Shown piece by piece: positions 36,752 through 48,200 of a stretch of DNA of 64,000 nt. Made by a program: the position numbers and the translations under genes. The notes below the pieces were generated by a model, which was given only the letters and a program-made list of their open reading frames with translations, was not told the origin of the DNA and did not search any database. The stretch lies in NCBI GenBank assembly GCA_965226185.1, contig CBDDCT010000005.1:416647-480646 (forward strand). The letters are read 5' to 3'. The stretch's first letter is position 1. Every line of letters starts with the position of its first letter. The stretch comes from Bryobacterales bacterium (GTDB lineage: Bacteria; Acidobacteriota; Terriglobia; Bryobacterales; UBA6623).

Positions 36752-39316
36752 CTATTCGCCCCGCAGCACTTCCAGCGGCTTCCTTCCAAGAATCCGGAAA
36801 CTGGAAAGCCACCCGGCCAGGTTGGCGAGCAGCGCCGTGGCGAGGATGCAAACGCCGTTCGCAACCGCGTCGAATTGAAACTCGGCATCGAGCACCCGTT
36901 CCAAGAGCAATCCAGAGAACCCGCTCGCAAGGATCGCCCCCATCAGACCGGCAACCGAGCCGAGAATCAAAAACTCGGCGGAGAACATGTTGGCTACCTT
37001 TCCGCGCGTGGCCCCTAGCGTTTTCAAAATGGCAACTTCGCGAATACGGCGAAAACGGGTCGACATCACTCCCGAGACCAGGATAATGATGCCGCCAAGA
37101 ATGGTAAACGCAGAGACAAACCGCACCACCAGACCGATTTGATCGACCACCTGTTGAACGATTTCTAGAACGTCGGCCGCATTGATAACGGTAATCGTGG
37201 GAAAGCGGTCGAACGCGATTCGCTGCAGTTCAATCGCTTGCTGGGCATCCACTCGCACGCCGCCGTAGTATGTCGCCGGCAGACCTCGCAGCGCCTCCGG
37301 CGTCAAGATAAACCCGATTGACGAGCCGGGACGAATCCTCTCGGAGCGATGAATGGCCACCACCTTCGCCAAGACTGTCTGGCCGCCCACCGTCCATTCC
37401 ACCTGCGAGCCGAGTTTTATCCCCAGCAGCTCGGCAGTGCCTTCCGAGGCCGAAGCCAGGTGCTGGCCGCCATCGGGACGCTCGGGCGGCCACCATTCCC
37501 CTTCCAGGATTTCAACGTTTTCCGGCTGCTCCGGTCGCCATGTAATAGTTCGAGTTCTGCGGAACCTGCGGCCGGATCTTCCCAGATTCAGTTCCTCGAT
37601 CGGTGCCGCATCGACGCCAACCAGTCGCGCCGCCACCGAGGGTATCAACTCCGGCTCGTCCTTAATGCCGGGAGTTTGCTTCAGGACCTCGAGTAAGCCG
37701 TCACGCTCCTGATCCGTGACGTTGATGAAGAAAACGTTCGGCATGTTCGGCGGGGCGCTGCGCACCATTTGCGACAGCACCGACGACTGAATCAAGTAGA
37801 CGCAAAGAGTGAACGTCACCCCAATGCCGAGAGACACCAAGACCGCCCCGGCGTGATTCCCCGGCCGATGCAAATTCGCTATCCCATGACGAAGCGATGT
37901 GGGCAGCCGCCAGGGCAGCCAGCGCGGGAAAACTTTCAGGAGCCGCAGAAGCCCCGATGCCGCCGCCGTCAGCGCTAGCAGGCTTACCACGAGCCCGCCG
38001 GCGAACCATACCCCCAGTTCGATCGAGTCGCCGAGCCACACCGCCAGCCCCCCGATACTCGCAAGGATTGCCGCAGCCGGCCACGCCGAACCACGCCATT
38101 GCCGCAGGCGTTCGCCAATCGTCAGCCGGGCGCGGTCCATGTCCCGGCGGAAAATCAGTGCCGGACGCACTTCCCTAACGCTGAGAAGCGTCGGCACCGT
38201 AAACAGCAGCGTCGTCAGGACTCCGATCAGCACGCCCTGCAGGGCCGCGACCGGCTGCCATTCCAGGGCGGAAAGCTCCGGAAAATAGTTTGCGATCAGC
38301 GCCGGAAACCAGCTCTGCATCCCATAGCCCGCCAGCACTCCCAGCAAGCTTCCGGCAAGTCCGAGCCCCAGCGTCTGCAGCAGGTAGATCCGCATAATCT
38401 GACCCGAGCGCCCGCCCAGGCACTTCATGATGGCGATCGTGTCGAGCCGTTGTTGCAGGTGGGAGTGCATGGCCATGGCGACGCCCAGGGCGCCGACAAT
38501 CAACGCGATGAGGCTCACCAGGCTGAGAAATTTGGTCGAGCGGTCCAGGCCGCGCCGCAAGGTCGGGTGGGTCTCGCGGAAGTCCACGATGCGGTCGCCC
38601 CGAAAGGCTTTCTCAAGGACGCCGCGCGCCTCGGCAATCGAGAGGCCCCGCGGGGGCAGCCGGAAAAGATAGCGCTGCGAAGCGCGGCTTCCGGGCTGAA
38701 TCAGCCGGGCGCGGTCCAATCCTTCGCGGCTGATCAGCACTCGCGGACCAATGTTCATCGTCCCGGTCATGCGGTCCGGCTCGACGAGAACTTCCGCCAC
38801 AATGCGAAATTGCTCGTCGCCCAGCGTGACCGAATCGCCCCGCTTCAGGTCGAGGCGAAGCAGCAGATCACTCGAAACCACCATCGATTGTTCGTCGAGA
38901 ATGTCGTTCAGGCTTGCTTCCGGGGACAGTTTGATTTCGCCGTAGAAGGGGTATTCGGCCGGTTCCACGGCTTTGACGGCAACCAGCAGCGGGCGCGGCG
39001 CGCGCTCGGAAGACATCATCGAAACCGTCTCGCTGATCCAGGTTCGCTCAGCGCCCCGCTCGTCGAGTTTTTCGAACGCCGCTTGCTGGTCAGGGTCGGG
39101 GAGGGTGAACAAACGGACCGAGAGATCCCCGGCCATCAGCACCCGGGCGTCGCGCAGCAGCATGCTTTGGAAGGCGCCGCTGAAACCCCGCACGCCGGTC
39201 AGTGCGCCGACGCCCGCCGCCACTGCCAGGATCACAAAAACGAACTTCCCGGCGGAGGCACGAGCTTCCCGCCCGGCGATCTTGACGGCGCTGCGCCAGC
39301 TAAAGTGATTGTTCAT
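36752..39316 (-). CDS. ybbP: ABC transporter permease, YbbP/FtsX-like
   Basis: Two FtsX-type TM repeats, IAIMKCLG, PNVFFINV, EVAILKTLGA; operon with the ATPase and divergent tesA. Confidence 0.88.
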   Translation of the reverse strand: MNNHFSWRSAVKIAGREARASAGKFVFVILAVAAGVGALTGVRGFSGAFQSMLLRDARVLMAGDLSVRLFTLPDPDQQAAFEKLDERGAERTWISETVSMMSSERAPRPLLVAVKAVEPAEYPFYGEIKLSPEASLNDILDEQSMVVSSDLLLRLDLKRGDSVTLGDEQFRIVAEVLVEPDRMTGTMNIGPRVLISREGLDRARLIQPGSRASQRYLFRLPPRGLSIAEARGVLEKAFRGDRIVDFRETHPTLRRGLDRSTKFLSLVSLIALIVGALGVAMAMHSHLQQRLDTIAIMKCLGGRSGQIMRIYLLQTLGLGLAGSLLGVLAGYGMQSWFPALIANYFPELSALEWQPVAALQGVLIGVLTTLLFTVPTLLSVREVRPALIFRRDMDRARLTIGERLRQWRGSAWPAAAILASIGGLAVWLGDSIELGVWFAGGLVVSLLALTAAASGLLRLLKVFPRWLPWRLPTSLRHGIANLHRPGNHAGAVLVSLGIGVTFTLCVYLIQSSVLSQMVRSAPPNMPNVFFINVTDQERDGLLEVLKQTPGIKDEPELIPSVAARLVGVDAAPIEELNLGRSGRRFRRTRTITWRPEQPENVEILEGEWWPPERPDGGQHLASASEGTAELLGIKLGSQVEWTVGGQTVLAKVVAIHRSERIRPGSSIGFILTPEALRGLPATYYGGVRVDAQQAIELQRIAFDRFPTITVINAADVLEIVQQVVDQIGLVVRFVSAFTILGGIIILVSGVMSTRFRRIREVAILKTLGATRGKVANMFSAEFLILGSVAGLMGAILASGFSGLLLERVLDAEFQFDAVANGVCILATALLANLAGWLSSFRILGRKPLEVLRGE

Positions 39317-39337
39317 GTTGGATCAATCGCGGGCCGA

Positions 39338-40057
39338 CTACCGCACTGCTGGATCCGCCGCGCTTCGGACCAGCTCATCGGAAACCACCTCGCCGTCCTT
39401 CAATGTAATCAAGCGATCCGCCTGGGAAGTCAGGTCACGATCGTGCGTCACGAGAATCAGCGTGGTCTGCTCCTGGCGGTTCAGATCGAGCAGCATTTCT
39501 AGCACATGGCGGCCGTTCGTGCTGTCCAGGTTGCCTGTCGGCTCGTCCGCCATCACGACAGGCGGCTTGCTGACGAACGCTCTCGCCAAGGCCACCCGCT
39601 GCTGCTCGCCACCTGAAAGCTGCACCGGGTAATGATCCAGCCGGTCCGCCAGGCCGACGCTCTCGAGAAGCTCGCGAGCCCGTTCCGCACCCTGGCTCCC
39701 GTCACCCGCCAGATCCAGCGGCAGCAGGACATTTTCCTCCGCCGTCAGAGTAGGGACGAGATGATATGACTGAAAGACGAAGCCAATCTTGCGCGCGCGC
39801 AACAAGGCCATCTGGTCTTCGCTCAACCGGTTGATCTCTTCACCGTCGAGAAGAATCCGCCCTTCGGTGGGCGTGTCGAGCCCCGCCAGCAAACCCAGCA
39901 AAGTACTCTTGCCGCTGCCCGACGGCCCCATGATCGCCACGAACTGCCCGGCCGGTATCGAGAAGTCGACTCCGCGCAGGATCTCAACCTCGTGAGAACC
40001 GCTGTTGATTCTTTTTACGAGGCGCCGCACCTCGATGATCGAAGACTGATTCGACAT
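39338..40057 (-). CDS. ybbA: ABC transporter ATP-binding protein, YbbA/LolD-like
   Basis: GPSGSGKST, LSGGEQQRV, ADEPTGNLD, VTHD. Confidence 0.92.
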   Translation of the reverse strand: MSNQSSIIEVRRLVKRINSGSHEVEILRGVDFSIPAGQFVAIMGPSGSGKSTLLGLLAGLDTPTEGRILLDGEEINRLSEDQMALLRARKIGFVFQSYHLVPTLTAEENVLLPLDLAGDGSQGAERARELLESVGLADRLDHYPVQLSGGEQQRVALARAFVSKPPVVMADEPTGNLDSTNGRHVLEMLLDLNRQEQTTLILVTHDRDLTSQADRLITLKDGEVVSDELVRSAADPAVR

Positions 40058-40088
40058 AGACCCCAGAAGAAATTTATTATGACATGCA

Positions 40089-40775
40089 GTGCCTTTCTTT
40101 GTACTTCTGCTCGCCTTCCAGCTTGGCTGCGGGTCTCAGTCTTCCTCCCCACCGGAGAGGCCCGCAGTGGAGATTCTCGACGGCGGCGATCGCCAAGCGG
40201 GCGTGCCCGAGGAGTCTCGGCCCGTTATTGTGGCCTTCGGCGACAGCTTGACCGCGGGGCATGGGCTTCCACGAGGCCAAAGTTACCCCGACTTCCTGCA
40301 ACGGGAGCTGGACAGCAAGGGTTACTCCTACCAGGTGCGCAACGAAGGCATCAGCGGCGACACCACCAGCTCCGGGCTGGTTCGCACGGGAATTGTCGCC
40401 AGCCTCAACCCGGAGTTCGTGATCGTGGCCTTTGGCGGCAACGACGGCCTTCGCGGCCTCTCGCCGGACAGCATGAAGCAGAATCTCCGCAAAATCGTGG
40501 CCTCGCTGCGGAACGACGAGACAACGGTCGTCCTCGCCGGAATGAAGCTGCCTCCAAACTATGGCCCCGAATACACGAAATCTTTTGAAACCGTGTTTCA
40601 CGAACTCGCTGAAGAACTGAACGCACCTCTCATCCCCTTTTTGCTCGAAGGGGTGGGCGGTTATCCGGAGTTCATGCAGGAAGACGGCGTGCACCCTAAC
40701 GCTGAAGGCGCCCGCAAAGTAGCGCGGCTCGTCATGGAGACTCTCGAACCGCTGCTGGTTGAGAAAAAGCGATAG
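40089..40775 (+). CDS. tesA: Arylesterase/acyl-CoA thioesterase I (SGNH/GDSL), lipoprotein
   Basis: FGDSLTAG, GISGDTT, GGNDG, DGVHPN; lipobox LGC. Confidence 0.92.
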   Translation: MPFFVLLLAFQLGCGSQSSSPPERPAVEILDGGDRQAGVPEESRPVIVAFGDSLTAGHGLPRGQSYPDFLQRELDSKGYSYQVRNEGISGDTTSSGLVRTGIVASLNPEFVIVAFGGNDGLRGLSPDSMKQNLRKIVASLRNDETTVVLAGMKLPPNYGPEYTKSFETVFHELAEELNAPLIPFLLEGVGGYPEFMQEDGVHPNAEGARKVARLVMETLEPLLVEKKR

Positions 40776-40872
40776 GATGATGCGAACCTGGTGGTGACTG
40801 CCCCGGCTAACGGAAAGCAAACAGGCTGGGCCGTTTTCTTACCCCCCCGCCGCCGGATACGCAAGGCCGCCC

Positions 40873-42457
40873 TCACTGCCCGAACGAGTGGCATTTGGGA
40901 GGCAGATACTGCTTCCGGAGCAGCGTGGCGATCGAGCCATAATACGTCACGATCTTGTGTTCGACGACCGTCCCCAGCAGCATGTGCGCCTCCGGTCCGC
41001 TCAGCTCGCATTCTTTGGTCAGCCACTGCAACATGTCGGAATTGGCCGACCGCAGGCCGGCATCCATGCTGCTGCTGAACTCGGGCTGGCTGGCGACCGA
41101 AATCAGGTGCTCGCCGTTGATGAGCCGCGGGATTCTTAGGCGCTTCCCCTTGTGCAGCCGTACGGTCAACTGCACGTCCATGGAAGTCTCGATGCCGTTA
41201 CCAAACCCCTCGCCGTCTCCCTGCCGGGCGTGTCCGTCGCCGACGTAGAGGTAAGCCCCCTCCGTGAACACCGGCAGCAAGAGGGTCGTTCCCTCGACGA
41301 TGTCGTTGTAACCTGAATTATGCACAGATTCACTTTGCGAGTGTGGCTGCGTTCGTAGCGGGTTGGCGGTCGTCGTGAGGTGGTAGCTCGGCAACTGGCC
41401 TTTTGACTTCTCCGTGTCCGGTTTCCCTTCCCGCCCAGAATCCGCGTCGTCAAAACCTCGCTCGGAAGTGACGTGTTTCCAGTGTGTTACGGCTAGTGCA
41501 TAAAATTTTATGCATAGCGCATAGCCAGGCTCTCAGATCAGCGCCCTCCCGACCACCGGCAGCAAGCCGCCGTAGGGAGTCGGCTTCCTGCCGCGGAAGT
41601 GGTAAGGCGTCGAAGCCCCGATTTTATTGGGCCGCGAGGCCGTCACGGCTGGGCCTTGTTGGACGGGCCTTTGGGAGCTATGCTGTTTTCGTCTGGTAAC
41701 CATGTGGGTGACCTCCTTGGGGTTGGCTGGCGAAGCTGGGATCTTTGCCAGCCTACCTTTTTACCCCATGTTTTCGGGGGTCCCCAATGGTCCCTTGCGG
41801 CTCAGCCCTCCTCAGGTCCACGCCGCAGTGCATAATTCAGGTGTAATCAACATTGCCTCCGTAGTCGCCGGCGGGTCCGGAAGTTCGGACTTCACCATAA
41901 GCCGGCGCCACGCCGATGCAGCCGAGCATCGGGCGAGCCGGCAACTCAATCTTCCAGCCCGAACGATCTTGTTCTCGAAGCTTCGGCCGCACAAGGCCTT
42001 TCTCGGGATCGATCTCCCACGGGATCAGCGTGGCTCTTCCCGGACGAACAGCGCCCATGCCATAGTTCTGATCGTGCAATGTCTCACCGGCGTTGAAGAA
42101 GGCGGCGTTTACCCGGAAGCTCGAATAGCCGTCTTTTCGATTCAGACGTATCTTGTCGATGCGGACTTCCAGCGCGTCGCCATAATCGGCGTTCTCGATG
42201 TAGAACGGCCCGGTCAGAGGGTTGCCGCGGGCGGGATAGACGTAAGGGTGGCGGATGTGCCAAACGCCTTCATGATCCTTGCCGCCCGAATCCCAGGTGC
42301 GCGTAATGATCGTGTCACCGGACTGGATGCGGGCGATGGGTTCCGCCGAGGCCGTGAAGACCTGTGAATGCTTCACCGGGTAAACTTCATGGGTCTCGGC
42401 CCAGACAGCGGTGACGCCTGTCGCTACTAGAAAAAGACAGCATTTACTCCAGTACAT
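40873..42457 (-). pseudogene. Acetamidase/formamidase family gene split by a mini-IS1380
   Basis: The 5' part ends GDYGGNVDY and the 3' part resumes YNDIVEGTTLLLPV...GDGHARQGDGE. Removing 41312-41841 plus one TSD restores GGNVDYNDIVEG in frame. Confidence 0.93.
41312..41841 (-). mobile_element. 530-bp internally deleted IS1380-family element
   Basis: Perfect 14-bp TIR CCTGAATTATGCAC and 5-bp TSD TGTAA (41307-41311, 41842-41846). Internal AAGGAGG-ATG ORF with ASTPYHFRGRKPTPYGGLLPV resembles IS1380 transposase N-termini. Confidence 0.9.
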
Positions 42458-42514
42458 GATTTCCTCCCAGCCTGAGTTCATCTTGATCTTAGGCTAATCC
42501 GCTAGAATCCGATC

Positions 42515-43510
42515 ATGATTCGCGCCGTCATCTTGCTCCTGGCCGCCTCTTGCGCCTGGGCGCAGTCTGATCCTTCCGCCGGCGCCGCCCGCCGGATGTT
42601 TGCTGATCTCGTCAAACTTTCCCTCGATCCTCCCGGCGTCGAAGTGGAGCTGATCGAAACGCGGCAAGAGGAAGATCTGCGCGTCGAAGACGTTTCCTGG
42701 GAGGGACTCGATGGTGAGCGCGTGCCTGCTTTCGTCATTCGTCCTGTAAACACTGACGGCCCTCTTCCCGCAATCATCTGTTTGCACGGAAGCAGCGGCA
42801 GCCGCGAAGCCATGACCACGAAACAGTTCGGGCCTGGAGAATGGGTCCGTTACGGCCGGGACCAGCCGCACATTCGAATGCTCGGCTGGGCGCGGGAACT
42901 AGCTCGCAGGGGTTACCTTACGCTGGCGCTGACTCAACGCGGGCTGGACCGGCGAGGCCCTCCCATCAACACGCAGGCGAACGCTCTACTTGTCGAAGGC
43001 CGGACAGCGATGGGGGCTGTATTGCACGAGATCCGCCAGGCGGTCACTTATCTGTCCAGGCGTCCGGATGTCGACGCTGGCCGCATCGCGACGGCGGGTA
43101 TGTCCTTCGGGGGGATCACCGCCTTCTACACCTGGGTGCTGGATGAGCGGGTCGCGGCCGCCGCTCCGATTTGCGGCGGTGTTGGCTCGGTGGAAGTTTT
43201 CGCGCGGCAGGGACGAGTCAGCTATCACGGCACCTATTGGTGGCTGCCGGGAATGCTAGAAAAAGGCGACCAGGCTGAGTTCGCGGCGGCCATGGCGCCG
43301 AAGCCTCTGATGTTGTGGGCGCCGACAGAAGACGTAGGAATGCCGAAAGAGGGGGTCGACCGCTTCATCGCCAAGGTCCGGCCGGCCTATCAGCGCGCCG
43401 GGCAAGCGTCGTCGTTCGTCGTACACCAGTTGCCGGGGCAGCACTCCTTCACGTCAGAGGCCTTTGAAGCCGTTACCGAGTTTTTCGGCTCGGTCTTCGG
43501 GCGGCGCTAG
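42515..43510 (+). CDS. Alpha/beta hydrolase (dienelactone hydrolase/acetyl xylan esterase-like), exported
   Basis: Signal peptide, ICLHG, GMSFGG nucleophile elbow, D and GQHSF. Confidence 0.88.
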   Translation: MIRAVILLLAASCAWAQSDPSAGAARRMFADLVKLSLDPPGVEVELIETRQEEDLRVEDVSWEGLDGERVPAFVIRPVNTDGPLPAIICLHGSSGSREAMTTKQFGPGEWVRYGRDQPHIRMLGWARELARRGYLTLALTQRGLDRRGPPINTQANALLVEGRTAMGAVLHEIRQAVTYLSRRPDVDAGRIATAGMSFGGITAFYTWVLDERVAAAAPICGGVGSVEVFARQGRVSYHGTYWWLPGMLEKGDQAEFAAAMAPKPLMLWAPTEDVGMPKEGVDRFIAKVRPAYQRAGQASSFVVHQLPGQHSFTSEAFEAVTEFFGSVFGRR

Positions 43511-43609
43511 CCCACATTCCGGGAGTTCATGCGCGCTTACAGGTTTGCGTTTGCGCAACCTCCGGCCGTAGAATATCGGGTGGATAGAGTGGTTCTTGAA
43601 GAGGTGATT

Positions 43610-45052
43610 ATGCCTGCCGAAAAGCACATGCCTGTCGAAAGTCAAATGAAACGCAGAGACTTCGTCAAATCCGCCGGAGCAGCCGGCGCCGCTGTAGCGG
43701 CCGCCCTGCCGCGAGTGAAGGCAGCACCCGGGATTCTCACCGCCAAGGCCGCCGGCGAAAGGGTGAACTATGGCTTCATTGGACCCGGAAGCCGCGGCTC
43801 ACGCTTGCTCGGCCGGCACCTGCAGCACATGGACATTGGCAGATGCGCGGCCCTGTGCGACATCTACGAAAAGAATCTCAAACGGGCCATGCGGGTGTTC
43901 AAAGGGAAGGACGAGCAGCCCGACACCTACAGCGACTACCGGGAGATTCTCGACCGCAAAGACATCGAGGCGGTCTTCATTACGACTCCCCTGTTCATGC
44001 ACTACCCGATCATGAAAGACGCGCTGGAGGCGGGCAAGCACGTATTTTGCGAGAAGTCGCTCGTGTTCAAGCCCGAGGAAGTCCACGGTCTGCGTGAACT
44101 CCACGAAAATCATCCCAACCAGGTCATCCAAGTCGGATTGCAGCGCCGTTACAGTTCCTACTACGCCGCCGCGAAACAACTCATCGACCAGGGCGCGATC
44201 GGCAAGATTACCCATATCCACGCTCAGTGGCATCGCAACACGAATTGGCGGCGCGGCGTCAAGGACCCCGCACTCGAAGAGCAGCTCAACTGGCGGCTTT
44301 ACAAAAAGTATTCGGGCGGGCTTTGCGCCGAGCTGATGTCCCACCAAGTGGATGTGGCCGACTGGATGCTAGGTTCGAGCCCCAAATCGATCGTCGGCGT
44401 CGGCGGCCTCGACTATTGGAAAGACGGCCGTGACATCTTCGATAACATCCAGCTCATTTTCGAGTATCCCGGCGGTGAAAAGCTGCTTTACAGCGCCATC
44501 AGCACCAATCGCCACATTGAAGACCGCCGCGTGCCCGGCGACGGCTGCCGCGAGATCATCATGGGGACCGATGGAGCCATTGAGATCACGCTGATTCCCT
44601 ACGGCGACGGGATGTGGTTCCGCGACGCGATGAAGGTCAGGATGGGAGCGGAGGAAAAGCCGAAGGAGGACTGGGTCGCCGGCGCTACTGTTGCCGACAC
44701 ACTCGAACAGGGAGAGGGTTTGCCGATTATCCCCGGGATCAAGGACCTCAACTCGCCCGAGATCGGTTTCGTCGAAAAAGAGCTGGAGTTCGCCAAGCGC
44801 TGGCTCTACCAAAAAGGCATCATGGCGCCCGAGGAAGACAAAGATCCCGAGTACAAAGAGCTGGAGAGCTTCTTGCTCAACGTGCGTGATGGCGGCAAAC
44901 CCAAGGCCGATATCGAGGTCGGATTGCAGGACTCCATCGCCGTCATCTTGGCCAACAAGTGCATGGAAGACGAGCGCAAGATCTACTTCTCCGAAATCGA
45001 GGAGATGGGCAACGTCAAGCTCACCAAAGGCTCTAACGGCAACCGGGCGTAA
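43610..45052 (+). CDS. Gfo/Idh/MocA family oxidoreductase, Tat-exported
   Basis: KRRDFVK, IGPGSRG, CEKS, QVGLQRR, NWRLY..YSGGL.AEL.SHQVD. Confidence 0.92.
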   Translation: MPAEKHMPVESQMKRRDFVKSAGAAGAAVAAALPRVKAAPGILTAKAAGERVNYGFIGPGSRGSRLLGRHLQHMDIGRCAALCDIYEKNLKRAMRVFKGKDEQPDTYSDYREILDRKDIEAVFITTPLFMHYPIMKDALEAGKHVFCEKSLVFKPEEVHGLRELHENHPNQVIQVGLQRRYSSYYAAAKQLIDQGAIGKITHIHAQWHRNTNWRRGVKDPALEEQLNWRLYKKYSGGLCAELMSHQVDVADWMLGSSPKSIVGVGGLDYWKDGRDIFDNIQLIFEYPGGEKLLYSAISTNRHIEDRRVPGDGCREIIMGTDGAIEITLIPYGDGMWFRDAMKVRMGAEEKPKEDWVAGATVADTLEQGEGLPIIPGIKDLNSPEIGFVEKELEFAKRWLYQKGIMAPEEDKDPEYKELESFLLNVRDGGKPKADIEVGLQDSIAVILANKCMEDERKIYFSEIEEMGNVKLTKGSNGNRA

Positions 45053-45067
45053 GTAGCGGTGCCGTGC

Positions 45068-45229
45068 CCAGTAGCGACAGGCAATCTTCCCGGTCGTACC
45101 CCAGTGGGGACCGGCAATCCTGCCGGTCCTAGCCGCCGAAGGCGGCTTGCGATTTCAGCAAACGCGTGGGATTTAGATCGCGTCGCCGCTTCGCGGCGAT
45201 GGACCGGCAAGATTGCCGGTCGTTACTGG
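45068..45229. repeat. BIME-like cluster of three family-A REPs between convergent genes
   Basis: CCAGTAGCGACAGGCAATCTTCCCGGTC, CCAGTGGGGACCGGCAATCCTGCCGGTC and inverted GACCGGCAAGATTGCCGGTCGTTACTGG. The last copy contains the lhr stop codon. Confidence 0.85.
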
Positions 45230-48200
45230 CCCCCTTCAGGCACACCCGCGCCGGCCAGCGCCAAAATCCCCGACTCGGCTCGCTCCACAACTACGCCATC
45301 CTTCAAGCGGATCGTCTCGGCCGCCGCCGAACTCACCCGCGGTCCCGGCAGAATCGTCCCCACTAAGTTGAGAGGATCGCTGGCCGCAATCTCGATCTCC
45401 TCTCCATCCGGTTGCGACCGCCTGATCGAACGAACTAATTCAACCGCCTCCGGAAGCGCGAACTGCTCACCAACGAACGCCCCGACGAAACGGCCGCCGC
45501 GGATTTCCCCGCGCGCTTCCATCCGCCGGAGAACAACCAGCAGATCGCGCCAGGCGGGAGCCAGCGTTTCGTGCCGCAACAGGTCACGAAACAGCACGCC
45601 CCAGCGCTCGAGCAGGCAGCGTGCGTAGGCTTCGACCGGACCGTCCCCGGACTGGGGTGTGGCTGGCGCGACGCCATTCGCCGCCTCGGCGCCGTCGAGC
45701 CCCGCGATTTCCAAATGCAACGCTTCACGCAGCAGGGCCCAGCGCCCGGGTGCATGGCGGGGACGGGCGTGGCGCCCGCGGCCTTCCCCTCTGCGCCGTT
45801 TGGGATCAATCAGCGCCCGCAAGTTCTCAAAGCCGTCGGCGGTCACCAGTCCCGCCGTCACCAACTCCCAGAGCCCGTCCTCGACTTCACTCGGAAGGCG
45901 CTTGGTTGCGCGTACCAGGTCCGTGAAGAACGACGCACCCCGGCTTTGGAGCGCTGCAAGAACCTCGCGCGCCGCATGCGAGAGACGAGAATCCGGGCTC
46001 GGCTCCGGTGGTTTGACAGACCGGACAAGCAGCCACCCGGCATTTTCGCGAAGAAACAGCGCCAGCGGCGCTACACGCGTCGGGCGCACGCGGCGACTGA
46101 CCTGAGCGGCTTCGCCCGCCCCGCCGTTCGAATCGAAGGCCGGGTGCGGTGACAGCCGTCCCCAAGTGACTTCGCCCGAAAGAGACAACTGGTCGAGAAG
46201 TTCCGGTTTGTAGTCGGCGATGCGGCGAGGGAGAATTTGCGACTCCCAGGCAGCCGCCGATATCTCATACCCCTGGAGCTGCTTGACGATCTGCAGCGCG
46301 CCGTCCACGCCGAACAACCGGGTGCCGGAAGCAACGTGCTGCCAGCGGCACAAGAAGCGCATGAAGTCAGCGCTGCTCACCGGTTCGATCTCGCGCCGCA
46401 GACGGCCCAGCGTCAAGCGGTGAATGCGTGCCAGCAGGCGGCGGTTGCACCACTCGGTTTCGTCTTCGGGCAGAGCCGCGGAGAAACGGCCTCGCAAGAT
46501 TTGACCTTCGGCTTCGAGACGCAGGAGCCCGGCGTCGACCACCGGCCTCTGAAGTCCCAGACGTTGCGCGAAATCATCGGCGGTTGTCGGCCCGGTCGAG
46601 TCGAGCCAGCCCCGCAGGATCTCGGCGACGCAGGCTTCTCGGGAATCTGGAATTGGGCGTGAGGTTTGAACGGCTGCGATGCGGGGACTCAGAACGGCTT
46701 GCGGATGGGCGGCGGTCGCCAACGCAAGGCGCTCGGCGGCGGCCCATAGGCTTGCGCCGCCGGCTGCTGCCCGCGGGTCGTCAGGCAGCTCGACCGCACC
46801 CTTCCGGGCGCGGCTCTGTTGCGGCGCTCCGTACTCTTCGGGCACTTGCAATGTCGTGGCGCGGCCGGCTTGGCTCAGCTCGCCGAAGTACTCTTCCCAC
46901 TCCGGCGTTGGTGGCAGAGTGATCAGAGTGAGCAATGCATCATGCAGTTCGTCGGCATCGCGGACCAGCGGCCAGGCTTCGTCGGCGACTTGTGCGATGG
47001 CTTCGGCGTCCAGCGCCCCCGGTCCCTCGACCATATCCGCACTGAGGGTGCGGCGCATCTGAACAGCTCGCGTGCGGCGTTCTTCGAGAGGCGCGTCGTC
47101 CAAGAACGCATAGGGGTTGGCGTTGAGTATTTCGTGACAGAACGGCGACGGTTCCGCCGTGTCGATGGCGACGGCTCGAACCTGACAGTTTGCGATGCCC
47201 TCAATCAGGCTGCGCAGTCCGGCCAGGTCCATCACTTCGTAAAGACAGTTTTCGATCGTTTCCTTCACCAAGGGATGGTCGGGGATGCGGATCTCGCCGG
47301 TCAGGTTCTCGGCACATGCTGCCTGGTCCGGAAAAACCGCTGCCAGCATGTCTTCGGCGCGCATGCGCTGGATCGGAGGAGGTGTCTTGCGTCCGAAAGA
47401 GAAGCGCAACACCGCCAGCGCCCGTGACAGGTTCCAACGCCACCTTACGGTGAACATCGGCGCCGCCAGCAGCGCCTGAGTCAGCACGTGCTTGAGCGAT
47501 TGCGGCGTAAGGAATTCGAACACGATTTCCAGAGGAAAGGCATGCTGGTCACTTAACGAGATGACGATTCCGTTGTCGGTCGCCGCCGCCTGCAACTCCA
47601 GATTGAACGAGCGGCAGAAACGCTTCCGCAGCGCCAGTCCCCAAGCCCGGTTGATGCGTACGCCGAAGGGGGCATGGATGACCAGTTGCATGCCTCCGGA
47701 TTCATCGAAGAAGCGCTCGGCGACAACGACTTGGGAAGCGGGCAGAACGCCGAGGGCCTTCTCACCCGCTCTGACGTACTCCACAGCCTGTTCCGCCCCG
47801 AGACGGTTCAACCCGCACTCGCTCACAAGGAAGCTGACCGCCGCTTCGCTGGGGTTTGATGCACGTTTGTCTACATGGCGGGAAATTTCCTCGCGAACAC
47901 GCGAGACTTCCCGCGAAAGCTCGGCGGTGCGCCCCGGCGCCTCCCCCGTCCAAAACGGGATCGTTGGGGCGGCGCCGTGGGCGTCCTCCACCCGCACGCG
48001 GCCCGGCTCGATACGCCGAATTCTCCAAGACGTCGTGCCCAGCAGAAAAACGTCGCCGGCCAAGCTTTCGATCGCGAAGTCTTCGTCAAGCGTACCGACG
48101 GTCGCCCCTTCCGGCTCGGCCACGACGAGATATTGTGCGCTGTCGGGGATTGCTCCGCCGGAGGTGATAGCCGCCAACCGCGCTCCTCGCCGGGGCCTCA

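Noticed and set aside
41495-41516. Chromosomal dif site
   Set aside because: Arms resemble XerC half-sites, but the spacer is 4 bp rather than 6, there is no XerD arm (TTATGTTAAAT), and it lies within an IS remnant.
40873-42457. Intron or programmed frameshift in the acetamidase gene
   Set aside because: The interruption has TIRs, a 5-bp TSD and transposase remnants, so it is an IS insertion.
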